From positions 1 through 44,580 of IMG/VR virus record IMGVR_UViG_3300037310_000278: DNA of 44,580 nt, one strand, 5' to 3'. This DNA is from a virus. Lineage: Duplodnaviria > Caudoviricetes. The notes under the pieces were generated by a model. The model saw nothing but the letters and a program-made list of their open reading frames with translations, was not told where the DNA came from and did no database searches. Made by a program: the position numbers and the translations under genes. This document shows, in pieces, positions 1 to 7,558 of this stretch (the first letter of the stretch is position 1; every line of letters begins with the position of its first letter).

Positions 1-87
1 TGGCGTCGGTGTTGGTGTCGGTGTTGGCGTCGGTGTTGGCGTCGGTGTTGGCGTCGGTGTTGGCGTCGGTGTCGGTGTCGGTGTCGG
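1..87 (-). repeat. Pro-Thr linker repeat, left version (mainly 12-bp unit ccgacgccaaca on the - strand)
   Basis: Visible tandem repeat encoding PTPT. Confidence 0.9.
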
Positions 88-1203
88 GATCACTTCCGTG
101 GTGACGTCCTCGCCAACCGGATTGCCGACGGCATTGTTCCAGCGCGCCGCGAAAATGCCCTTGATGCCGGTCGTCGCCAGGAGCGCGCTGACGTACAGCG
201 TTTCGGCTTCGGTTTTCGTCAGCGTCGCGCTTTGGGTTGGCGCCAGGCGAAGGTCAGGCGAAACGAAATCGAAAGCCACCCAATTTGACGGCGCGTCGCC
301 ACCCGTTGCGCGCACCGCAAAGCGCACGCTGCGCGACCCCTTGCAGGTAATCGTCGCGCTTGTCGCCGTTGTTGGTGTCGGGTTGCTGTAGTCGGGCGTC
401 GTCGGACTGGTGACGACATACTCGTAGCCCGTGGTCGGCGAACCGCCGCTGGACCAAGTCGCATTGCCCGTGACATTGACGTTGTTGGCCGCGACCGACG
501 ACACGTTGACACCTGTCGGATCAGGAGAGACCGTGGAGCCACCGGCAACGACAGCGAACGGCACAACGAACGTCAGGCGCCGCGAGCCGGCAGTCGCCGA
601 ATTGGTGAAATCCTCGACCGTGGTATCGGCGATGCGGAACGCCGAAAGCATCGAGGTCTCGTCGGAGCCACCGGGGTTGGACGTTGTGTTGGCAACGACA
701 GCCGACAGCGGGTCTGGTGTGATCGACGTGTCGGCGGTCGCGCTTGTCGTTTGTGCCGCCGCATTGATCAGCGCGCTGCCGACGGTAAGGCCGCTGGCGC
801 TCATCGCGATAGCGTCAGTCAGCGACTGCATCACTGGCGTTTGCGTTTGGTTGAGGCCGTCGATGACGAAGGCGTGGACAATACGCCGATAGCTGGCACC
901 GTCGACGGTCACGACGATGTCCCCGGTCGGTGTCGTGTTGCCGAGGGGCAGCACGAACATAGTCAGCGCCGTGCGCGGCGTGCTGCCTGTCGTGGTACTG
1001 TCCAGCTCCGCGCCAACGCGCGTCATCGCAGTGCCGGCAAAAGTCGCTCCCGTAATGTTGAGCGCTACCGACGCCGTCTTCCGGCAGCATGCCACGACCA
1101 CAAGGAATTTGTCAGCGCCGGCGGGCACCGCGTAACCGGCAATCGTGCTCGTCGTCGCGGAAGAGCCGGAAGCAGACGTTTGCGGGTTGAGCACTGAGGC
1201 CAT
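1..1203 (-). CDS. N-terminal part of a large Ser/Thr-rich modular protein (beta-rich and FN3-like segments, then a PT linker); runs off the left edge and joins 42567-44580 in frame (~1008 aa if circular)
   Basis: Absent from the ORF track because it has no stop in the window. Manual translation from ATG at 1203 (TGATG overlap with the upstream gene): MASVLNPQTSASGSSATTSTIAGYAVPAGADKFLVVVA...TWSSGGSPTTGYEYVV...VRFAVRATGGDAPSNW...EVIPTPTPT. Joined length 3027 nt is divisible by 3. Confidence 0.85.
   Translation of the reverse strand, partial: MASVLNPQTSASGSSATTSTIAGYAVPAGADKFLVVVACCRKTASVALNITGATFAGTAMTRVGAELDSTTTGSTPRTALTMFVLPLGNTTPTGDIVVTVDGASYRRIVHAFVIDGLNQTQTPVMQSLTDAIAMSASGLTVGSALINAAAQTTSATADTSITPDPLSAVVANTTSNPGGSDETSMLSAFRIADTTVEDFTNSATAGSRRLTFVVPFAVVAGGSTVSPDPTGVNVSSVAANNVNVTGNATWSSGGSPTTGYEYVVTSPTTPDYSNPTPTTATSATITCKGSRSVRFAVRATGGDAPSNWVAFDFVSPDLRLAPTQSATLTKTEAETLYVSALLATTGIKGIFAARWNNAVGNPVGEDVTTEVIPTPTPTPTPTPTPTPTPTPTPTPTPTPTP
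65..190. repeat. 126-bp direct repeat, left copy (identical to 44455-44580)
   Basis: Direct comparison: gtcggtgtcggtgtcggtgtcgggatcacttccgtg...gagcgcgctg occurs at both ends with offset 44390; first mismatch at nt 64 vs 44454. Confidence 0.95.
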
Positions 1204-2036
1204 CAGCTTTGATCCTGAAAAAAGAAATCCAGCGTCGTGTTGTTGGTGACCGTGGTATCGCTGCCAACCTGATAGTCCGTCAGGTTGAGGCCGACATTCG
1301 CTGTCGTTTCCTGGACGACTTGCAGCGTGCGCGCCGTGATGGCCGGCGCCGCGCCTTGGGCGATGGTCACCGTGACGACAATGTCGTCGTTGCCGCCAGG
1401 ACCCTCGGCGCGCAGCGTCAGCGGGCCGGTCACCGCGCCGGTATCGCCACCCGCTTCACCGGCGAGCAAAGGCAAATCGGCATAAGCGAACGTGTCATTG
1501 ACCGCGAGCAGCGTAGGTGTTGGATCGTCGATGAAAAATTGGCCTTTGTCGGGCAGTGTCGTGACCCTGATCGTCGTCGCGTTGGCGACCGCGAGCAACG
1601 TGCCGAGGTTGCGTGGCAGCGACACCGGAAGCTCGAAGTCGAATGCATTCACCGACCAGTCCGGCGCTGGCGTGGCGACGTTGACCGTGGCGGTAGCATT
1701 GACGACGTCGGCACCAACCGAATTGGTTGCCGTCAGCGCCAGCGTGACTGTGCCTGTGCCCGGCGCGGAAGCGCGTAGCCTTATGTTGTTGGCCGATGCC
1801 CGTGCGATTGAGGCAGGCAGCGTCACCTCGACGTCGTCGACGAAGATTTCGACGTTTGCCGGTAGTGTGCCAGACAGCACGTGCGCCGGCATCGGATAGC
1901 CGCCAGCCGGCACAAACGGCACCGGGTAGTCGACGTCCTGTTGCGTGATGGCCGGTAGCGCGCCGGGCTCGCTGGCGAAAACCGGCATAGAGGTTTCGCG
2001 CGGACCTACCGACCCGCCAGCCCGATTTCGAAGCAT
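1203..2036 (-). CDS. Beta-rich Ig/cadherin-like protein, putative virion accessory
   Basis: 277 aa, rich in V/T/A/P; segments such as GTVTLALTATNSVG and TIRVTTLPDKGQF resemble Ig/cadherin-like folds; tightly coupled to neighbours. Confidence 0.6.
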   Translation of the reverse strand: MLRNRAGGSVGPRETSMPVFASEPGALPAITQQDVDYPVPFVPAGGYPMPAHVLSGTLPANVEIFVDDVEVTLPASIARASANNIRLRASAPGTGTVTLALTATNSVGADVVNATATVNVATPAPDWSVNAFDFELPVSLPRNLGTLLAVANATTIRVTTLPDKGQFFIDDPTPTLLAVNDTFAYADLPLLAGEAGGDTGAVTGPLTLRAEGPGGNDDIVVTVTIAQGAAPAITARTLQVVQETTANVGLNLTDYQVGSDTTVTNNTTLDFFFQDQS

Positions 2037-2336
2037 CTAGATGCCGTCCCCTTCCGTCAGGTAGACCGTGCCCGTGCCTGCATCCAGAACAAGCTGGATG
2101 GCCGGCGCCGTGCCTTTCTCGAAGCTCTCGACGCCGCCCGGCGGGATGGCCACGGCGTTCGTCTCGTTGGCTTCTTCGCCGGCGCTGCCAATACGCATGA
2201 AGACGACGCCGTCCGTCGCGTTGTAGACGCGCACGGAAGGCCAAGCCGCGCTGACGAGGACTTCGACGCTTGTCGTGCTGGCGGCGACCGTGTGGTTGAC
2301 GCCGACGGCCATCGGCTTTGCTTTTCCAGAGCTCAT
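2037..2336 (-). CDS. Small beta-rich hypothetical phage protein
   Basis: 99-aa ORF with ATGA overlap on the terS stop. Confidence 0.7.
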   Translation of the reverse strand: MSSGKAKPMAVGVNHTVAASTTSVEVLVSAAWPSVRVYNATDGVVFMRIGSAGEEANETNAVAIPPGGVESFEKGTAPAIQLVLDAGTGTVYLTEGDGI

Positions 2337-2776
2337 TCAGCTTTTTCCTTCAAGTGTCGGGCCTCTTCGAGAAGCGCGGTAATGCGCAAAGCGATGTCCT
2401 GGGGCGAAGCCGTCAGCTCCTGGCCGTTGGGGCCGGTGAGCTCGTTCTGCACGCGCTGTTTGTAGCGATCGGCCCGGTGGCCATCCAGCAGCTTGGCCAG
2501 CAGCGCGTCGCTGTACTGGTGCTCGCTGCCAACGATATTGCCCTTGAACCATACGGCTTTCTCGACGCCGTCGCGGGCACGACGCACGGCCTCCTCTTCA
2601 AGCGTGTCGGCGAACGCCTCGCGCGCGTCGGCTTCGGCTTCGGCAAAAGCAGGGTCCTCGCGCCAGCGCTTGACGGTAGGCGGCGACACATGCGCGAATC
2701 GCGCCGCCGCCGACATCGTGCCGCAGCGCGACAGGGCGTCCAGATAGGCTTGTCGATCGTCGTCTGTTTTGGCCAT
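2333..2776 (-). CDS. terS: Terminase small subunit
   Basis: N-terminal HTH (MSAAARFAHVSPPTVKRWR), typical EAVRRARDGV...YSDALLAKLL motif and ELTGPNG C-terminal motif. Confidence 0.8.
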   Translation of the reverse strand: MAKTDDDRQAYLDALSRCGTMSAAARFAHVSPPTVKRWREDPAFAEAEADAREAFADTLEEEAVRRARDGVEKAVWFKGNIVGSEHQYSDALLAKLLDGHRADRYKQRVQNELTGPNGQELTASPQDIALRITALLEEARHLKEKAE

Positions 2777-2782
2777 GCACGC

Positions 2783-2813
2783 CCTCTAGCACGGGCGCTA
2801 GGTGCTCAAGTTC
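2783..2813 (-). promoter_or_regulatory. Putative late promoter motif (GAACTTGAGCAC) upstream of terS
   Basis: Variant of a motif repeated before five late gene blocks. Confidence 0.55.
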
Positions 2814-3216
2814 ACTCGACGCGAAGGGTATGATTCCGACGCTCGAAGCCGATCAGCATGGCGACGTAGCGCGCCGTGACGCCGAAGCGTTGGGCCAGGC
2901 GCCGCGTTGTCCAGCGCCGACGGCCGTCGTCATCCAGCTCGCCGAGCTCGTACAGCGAGCGGATGACTTCAACCTCGTCGTCCGTAAGCCGAGCGCGTGG
3001 ATGATCCGCGTTGATCAGCCGTCCGGTCTCGTTCTGTTGGCGGGGCCTTGCGCCAGCGGAAAGCAGTCGGCCAATGTGTTGCCGGCTGACGCCGAACAGC
3101 GCTGCGATTTCGGCATGTGTGTGTTTGCGCCGTCCATCCGCCGTCCGGGCCGCCGCCAGCCCGCGCACCGTGGCGGCGTAGCTCTTTTTTGAAAATATCA
3201 AATTTCCGTTTGCCAT
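2812..3216 (-). CDS. Tandem helix-turn-helix DNA-binding protein, candidate late regulator
   Basis: Two HTH motifs: THAEIAALFGVSRQHIGRLL and TTRRLAQRFGVTARYVAMLI; ATG at 3216 is preferred over the longer AT-rich extension. Confidence 0.7.
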   Translation of the reverse strand: MANGNLIFSKKSYAATVRGLAAARTADGRRKHTHAEIAALFGVSRQHIGRLLSAGARPRQQNETGRLINADHPRARLTDDEVEVIRSLYELGELDDDGRRRWTTRRLAQRFGVTARYVAMLIGFERRNHTLRVE

Positions 3217-3285
3217 ATTTTGAATTTCCCCAAATTTCTGATTTTTCATTTTTTGGATTTTCCGAAAATCAGTAACCGTTTGGTG

Positions 3286-3644
3286 TCGGTGATACCTTTT
3301 TTTTTTCGGTGATACCTTTTGTGCTCGACAACCCATTGAAATCATTAGAGGCGTGATACATGCAAAAATCTTAAGTCGTTGATTTCAGGGCGTTGTGATA
3401 CATTCGGCTATTTTTGCTCAATTCCCCCTAGGAAAATGGGTTATCCACAGGTGTATTAGTGTAGTAATACACCGGGGCACTTAGGGCCCTGTTTTATGCT
3501 CCCCCTATTAATAGAGATATACGTAAAAAGGTATCACAACGCTTTAAAATCAATGGCTTCTGCATCACCGAATGTATCACCGTCTTACACGCCCCCAATA
3601 AAATCAATGGGTTCTCCATCACGCTTTTTTGCCGATTGTATCAC
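3286..3644. other. Candidate replication origin: inverted iteron arrays around an AT-rich core with a DnaA box
   Basis: GTGATAC at 3289, 3309, 3353, 3395; its complement GTATCAC at 3531, 3574, 3638; TTATCCACA at 3441-3449; located at the strand-divergence point. Confidence 0.6.
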
Positions 3645-3656
3645 GCAATTTTTCCC

Positions 3657-3743
3657 CAAATTTTCGGTTTTCCAAATTTTGGCTTTTTCAAATTTTCGGT
3701 TTTCCAAATTTTGGCTTTTTCAAATTTTCGGTTTTCCAAATTT
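3657..3743. repeat. 16-bp-period A/T-tract tandem repeat (alternating caaattttcggttttc and caaattttggcttttt), about 5.4 units
   Basis: Units start at 3657, 3673, 3689, 3705, 3721, 3737. Confidence 0.9.
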
Positions 3744-3779
3744 CCCTCCGAATTTTGAATTTCCCCAGAAACCTTTCGG

Positions 3780-3808
3780 TTGACACTCGATAACCGTTGG
3801 GTTACGGT
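3780..3808 (+). promoter_or_regulatory. Sigma70-type promoter with embedded operator
   Basis: TTGACA-N17-TACGGT; TAACCGTTGGGTTA at 3791-3804. Confidence 0.7.
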
Positions 3809-3847
3809 TTGCCCTCCCCTTCACTCTTTTTCGAAAAGGACGGCGCC

Positions 3848-4162
3848 ATGGTCTATCGCTTCAAACCAAACTGCGCGCAGCGCAATGTCTATATCCGGAA
3901 GATGCGGGCACTGGAAGCGTGGCTTGCCGGCGAAGGCCGTCCGCTGCATGCCGAAAGAGCGTCAACCGGAACGGTGTATTTTACAATCGGCGGGCAGCGA
4001 TATCGCGTTGCAAGACACGCCCCGGGGTTCAACGCCTCGGGTGACGTCATCAGCTTCCACGCCGCCCCGACACGCGCTCCCGAAATCGCCGCTGCGATCC
4101 TCGCCGGCAAACGTGTCGACCGCCGGGGCGCGGTGCGCGGCGAGCATGCACCCGGCGCTTGA
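3848..4162 (+). CDS. Hypothetical early protein
   Basis: AAAGGA RBS followed by ATG at 3848 (MVYRFKPNCAQ...), 104 aa. Confidence 0.7.
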   Translation: MVYRFKPNCAQRNVYIRKMRALEAWLAGEGRPLHAERASTGTVYFTIGGQRYRVARHAPGFNASGDVISFHAAPTRAPEIAAAILAGKRVDRRGAVRGEHAPGA

Positions 4163-4187
4163 CAATCGGTAACCAACCGGTTATATG
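4159..4187 (+). promoter_or_regulatory. Sigma70-type promoter with embedded operator
   Basis: TTGACA-N17-TATATG; TAACCAACCGGTTA at 4170-4183. Confidence 0.7.
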
Positions 4188-4197
4188 CTCTTTTGTT

Positions 4198-4227
4198 GAC
4201 GCTCTTTCAGGAAGGAACAACACCATG
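4198..4227 (+). repeat. 30-bp leader repeat, copy 1 (identical to 4646-4675)
   Basis: gacgctctttcaggaaggaacaacaccatg. Confidence 0.9.
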
Positions 4228-4635
4228 GCACGTTCAGTCAGCTACCCTCGCAACGCCGTCGTTGCGTTCGACAGTTTCGACCCCGACCCGGAATTCGGCT
4301 TTGAGGATTTCCAGTTGCTCGTCGAAGATTACTGCCACGCGCTCTCCAAGGCGTACCCGGCGGGTTCTCCCCGGGAAAAATGGCTTGGGCGGGAGGATCG
4401 CGTGGTGTTTGCCAACGCCCTGGTCTATTTCGGCATCAGCGAATACGGCGGCACCATCGCCTATTGGGCCGTCGTGCGTGACGACACCGACTACCCGGCG
4501 CTCGCGGAGAGCTATCTGAAACGTATTGCGCCGAATTTTGAGGCCAGGTTCGGCACGCTGCGCCGGCTTGGTGCCATGAGCAACGGCGAAGTCGTGTACG
4601 CGAGAATCGGCGGCGGCGGCGGTCTCGTGGCCTGA
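4225..4635 (+). CDS. Hypothetical early protein
   Basis: Strong RBS and ATG at 4225 (MARSVSYPRN...), 136 aa. Confidence 0.8.
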   Translation: MARSVSYPRNAVVAFDSFDPDPEFGFEDFQLLVEDYCHALSKAYPAGSPREKWLGREDRVVFANALVYFGISEYGGTIAYWAVVRDDTDYPALAESYLKRIAPNFEARFGTLRRLGAMSNGEVVYARIGGGGGLVA

Positions 4636-4645
4636 CGCCCCGCCC

Positions 4646-4675
4646 GACGCTCTTTCAGGAAGGAACAACACCATG
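4646..4675 (+). repeat. 30-bp leader repeat, copy 2
   Basis: Identical to 4198-4227. Confidence 0.9.
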
Positions 4676-5104
4676 TTCGGATCAAAATCAACCCCGGCGC
4701 CTGCACCCGCCAACCCGCAGATGGACAAGGCAGTGACTTGGTTCCGACGGCGTACGCTGTCGACCGCTGTCGACCACATAACGGCTATTGCCATTGTCAT
4801 GGACGCCGTTGCCCCCGGGGAGGGATGGAACACGGTCTACGACGTCGCTCTCGAGCTGACACACTACATGTACTCGAAGGACAGCCCAATGCCGCGCGTC
4901 ATTCAGCTTTATGAGGCACTGGAGAAGGCGCGCAAGGTGCCGCTGCCGCCGCTCGCCGAGGAAGCCGCACTCGTGCTCAACATGGCACTCGCCGCCGGCA
5001 TGAGCGGCGCCGGCCTGCCCGGCGCGATAGCCGCCAACGGGATCATGCAACAGGTCATGAAGGTTGGCATTGCCGTGCAGGATCAGCTCGCGAAACCTCG
5101 CTGA
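4673..5104 (+). CDS. Hypothetical helical protein
   Basis: 143-aa ORF following the repeated RBS leader. Confidence 0.75.
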   Translation: MFGSKSTPAPAPANPQMDKAVTWFRRRTLSTAVDHITAIAIVMDAVAPGEGWNTVYDVALELTHYMYSKDSPMPRVIQLYEALEKARKVPLPPLAEEAALVLNMALAAGMSGAGLPGAIAANGIMQQVMKVGIAVQDQLAKPR

Positions 5105-5123
5105 AATTGAAAGGCTGACGATC

Positions 5124-5822
5124 ATGTCGAAAGCAACACGAACCGCCGACCGCTACGCAACCCCGGAGCGCTGCGCTGAAGCCGTAGCGCAGGATGGGTG
5201 GCGCCTCTGGCACGTCCCGGAGCATTTCGTGACCCACGAGCTTTGCCGGGTTGCTGTAGCGCAGAACGGGTTGGCCTTGGGCGTTGTTCGAGAGCAGTTT
5301 CTCACACCTGAAATTTGCCTCGCGGCCGTAAAGCAGAACGGGAACGCTCTTGCCCATGTTCCCGATCATATTAAAACGGCCGAGATTTGTGCTGCTGCGG
5401 CAGCGCAAAATGGCTGGTCGGTGTGCTATGCCCCTGAGCGTTTCCAAACGGCCGAGCTCTGCACCCTCGCCGTAAAGCGAAACGGATTGGCAATACGTTG
5501 CATCCCCAACCATCTTGTGACAGCCGACCTGTGCGCTATCGCCGTTCAGGAAGATGCTATGGCGTTGTTTCTGGCGCCAGTGCGTTTCTGGACAGATGCT
5601 CTCGAGGCGCTGGTCGGCGAAGCCATAGCCTGTCACCACTACACGCTCTACCGTAGGCCGAACGGCCTGTACCAGGCTGGATGCCGCAAGCATCTGACGC
5701 TTGCGCAGGCGCTGGCGCATTGGGGTCCGCCACGAACCGATAAACGCGCGCAAGTTTTCCATGCCGCGCTGTTGGGGGAACAGCGAAGGCTGGCGGATCA
5801 AGACGCGGGCCAAGCGACATGA
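5124..5822 (+). CDS. DUF4116-like helical repeat protein
   Basis: Six ~25-aa repeats of the form T-E-C--AV-QNG-AL--VP; ATG at 5124. Confidence 0.8.
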   Translation: MSKATRTADRYATPERCAEAVAQDGWRLWHVPEHFVTHELCRVAVAQNGLALGVVREQFLTPEICLAAVKQNGNALAHVPDHIKTAEICAAAAAQNGWSVCYAPERFQTAELCTLAVKRNGLAIRCIPNHLVTADLCAIAVQEDAMALFLAPVRFWTDALEALVGEAIACHHYTLYRRPNGLYQAGCRKHLTLAQALAHWGPPRTDKRAQVFHAALLGEQRRLADQDAGQAT

Positions 5823-5836
5823 GGGTTCTTGTCCGT

Positions 5837-5895
5837 CCTTGACGTTGCTGTAGCCGCACGGTTATGTTTCATTTTTCAGGAGAACCACCATGACA
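5837..5895 (+). promoter_or_regulatory. Promoter-operator-RBS unit (near-duplicate of 7501-7558)
   Basis: TTGACG, TAGCCGCACGGTTA (5851-5864), TATGTT, then TTTCAGGAGAACCACCATG. Confidence 0.75.
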
Positions 5896-6945
5896 AAAGA
5901 TTTTACGCCCGAAATGGAAGCCGCGATCTCGGCTCATGTCGACAAATGGATCGGCATCGGCCTGTCGACCGAACGCGCCGACTTCGACGCGGCGGAAGCG
6001 GCAGCGCTGGCCTGCTATGACCTCATTGGCTGCCCACGCCCGGCCGTCGTGCTGCGCATGGGATCGCCGTTTGCCTGTGTGCTTGGCGGTGCCGTCGCGC
6101 ATGCCGTGCTTGAAGACATTGGGTATTTCGCCGAACGGCAGGTCGGGCCGCCGGTCGAGCATCAGGTCGAGCATCGGGTCGCGCAGCGGGTCGGGCAGCA
6201 GGTCTGGCGGCAGGTCGGGCCGCAGGTCTGGCAGCAGGTCTGGAAGCAGGTCGCGCAGCAGGTCGGGCAGCAACGTGTCGTGCAGCAGGTCGGGCAGCAA
6301 CGTGTCGTGCAGCAGATTTATGCGCAGATCGAAACAAAAATTGAACGGCGAATTAAACAATACATTCAAGATCAGTTCAAGAGTAAAGCCCGATGGAAAG
6401 TCGAGAATGAATTTCGGCTAAATGTTTTGCAAAAGGTCGGGGAACAGGTTGGGCGGCGGGTCGAGCATCGGGCCAAGTGGCAGACCTTCACGCGTGTCGT
6501 CCATCAGGTCGACCTGTTCAAGACTGTCGACCGGCACGAGCTGTCGAATGCTCACTATCGCGGCTCGCAGCTATGGGCTGCGTGGCATGCCTACGTATCG
6601 TTTCTCGTCGAGCAAGGCCTGCTTGAACCATCGCCCGCCGTGGAGGCGTGGCGGCTTGACGAGACGCTTGCAAAAACCAGCGGCTTTACCTGGTGGAGCC
6701 GCGACGTGCTGTCGATCAGCGACCGGCCCCTGTTCATCAAGCGCGATGCCGAAGGCAAGCTACACAGCGACACCGGCAACGCCATCGAATACCCGGACGG
6801 CTGGGGCATTGCCTGCTGGCATGGTGTGCAGATACCCGTGGAATGGGTTTCTGGTGCGCCGCCGGCGCCCGTGGACGCACTGGCTTTGGAAAACGTCGAC
6901 CAGCGCCGCGCGGCGATCGAGATTATCGGCTGGCGCGACGAGTGA
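5890..6945 (+). CDS. DUF6745-like protein with QV-x-Q low-complexity repeat
   Basis: C-terminal ISDRP...RDAEGKLHSDTGNAIEYPDGWGIACWHGV...ENVDQRRAAIEIIGW motif; QVGQ/QVWQ repeats including an exact 27-bp duplication at 6255-6308. Confidence 0.75.
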   Translation: MTKDFTPEMEAAISAHVDKWIGIGLSTERADFDAAEAAALACYDLIGCPRPAVVLRMGSPFACVLGGAVAHAVLEDIGYFAERQVGPPVEHQVEHRVAQRVGQQVWRQVGPQVWQQVWKQVAQQVGQQRVVQQVGQQRVVQQIYAQIETKIERRIKQYIQDQFKSKARWKVENEFRLNVLQKVGEQVGRRVEHRAKWQTFTRVVHQVDLFKTVDRHELSNAHYRGSQLWAAWHAYVSFLVEQGLLEPSPAVEAWRLDETLAKTSGFTWWSRDVLSISDRPLFIKRDAEGKLHSDTGNAIEYPDGWGIACWHGVQIPVEWVSGAPPAPVDALALENVDQRRAAIEIIGWRDE

Positions 6946-6987
6946 TGGGCCGGCAACCCGGACGGCGGCAACAGGATTGGAAGACCG

Positions 6988-7506
6988 ATGAAGTACAAGC
7001 TGACTGGCAAAACGCGCAAGTTTCGCGGCGTCAAGCTGTACCGCATTAAGGCGCTGCGCGACATTCCGCTGCACGGCGTCAAGGCTGGCGACCTTGGCGG
7101 TTGGGTCGAGGGCCTGCACAACCTTTCGCGAGCTGGCGACGCGTGGGTGTCCGGCAACGCCAAGGTCTATGACGCGGCTTTGGTGACCGCGACCGCTCGT
7201 GCTGGTGGCAATGCCATCGCCAGAGGCCACGCACGGATCACGGGCGGCGCCTTTGTTGGCGATCATGCCGTCGTCGAGGATCACGCCGTGATGAGCGGTT
7301 ACGCCTGGGCGGTTGGCAGGACCAGGATTGGCGGCCGGGTTCGCGTGTCCAAGACAGCCATCGTCAGTGGCCGTGCCGAGGCCGACGGCGACGCCACAAC
7401 CACCGGCGCTGCGTGGGTCGGCGGCCGCGCACGGATCAGCGGGCGCCAGAAGATTACTGGAGGTGCCTGGTCAACAGGTTGCTACGGCACTGTCTCCGGC
7501 CCTTGA
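6988..7506 (+). CDS. Hexapeptide-repeat (left-handed beta-helix-like) phage protein
   Basis: KYKLT...LYRIKALRD...GDLGGWVE...NLS followed by AWVSGNAKVYD-type hexapeptides. Confidence 0.8.
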   Translation: MKYKLTGKTRKFRGVKLYRIKALRDIPLHGVKAGDLGGWVEGLHNLSRAGDAWVSGNAKVYDAALVTATARAGGNAIARGHARITGGAFVGDHAVVEDHAVMSGYAWAVGRTRIGGRVRVSKTAIVSGRAEADGDATTTGAAWVGGRARISGRQKITGGAWSTGCYGTVSGP

Positions 7507-7558
7507 CGTTGCTGTAACCGCACGGTTATAGAGTGTTTTCAGGAGAACCACCATGACA
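7501..7558 (+). promoter_or_regulatory. Promoter-operator-RBS unit
   Basis: TTGACG, TAACCGCACGGTTA (7515-7528), TATAGA, TTTCAGGAGAACCACCATG. Confidence 0.75.

Noticed and set aside
65-190. Biological direct terminal repeat of the virion DNA
   Set aside because: It lies mid-gene beside a low-complexity repeat and its length is close to a common assembler k-mer, so an assembly overlap is more likely
1205-1230. Programmed -1 frameshift at TTC TTT TTT fusing the 277-aa ORF to the large PT protein
   Set aside because: Not a canonical X XXY YYZ heptamer in frame; TTTTCAGGA is better explained as the RBS for the TGATG-coupled start
3657-3743. CRISPR-like mini array
   Set aside because: Contiguous tandem units with no unique spacers; the Cas4-like gene is the usual DUF2800 replication exonuclease
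3496-3783. 95-aa Phe-rich ORF
   Set aside because: A translation of the AT-rich origin and tandem repeat, with no RBS and atypical composition
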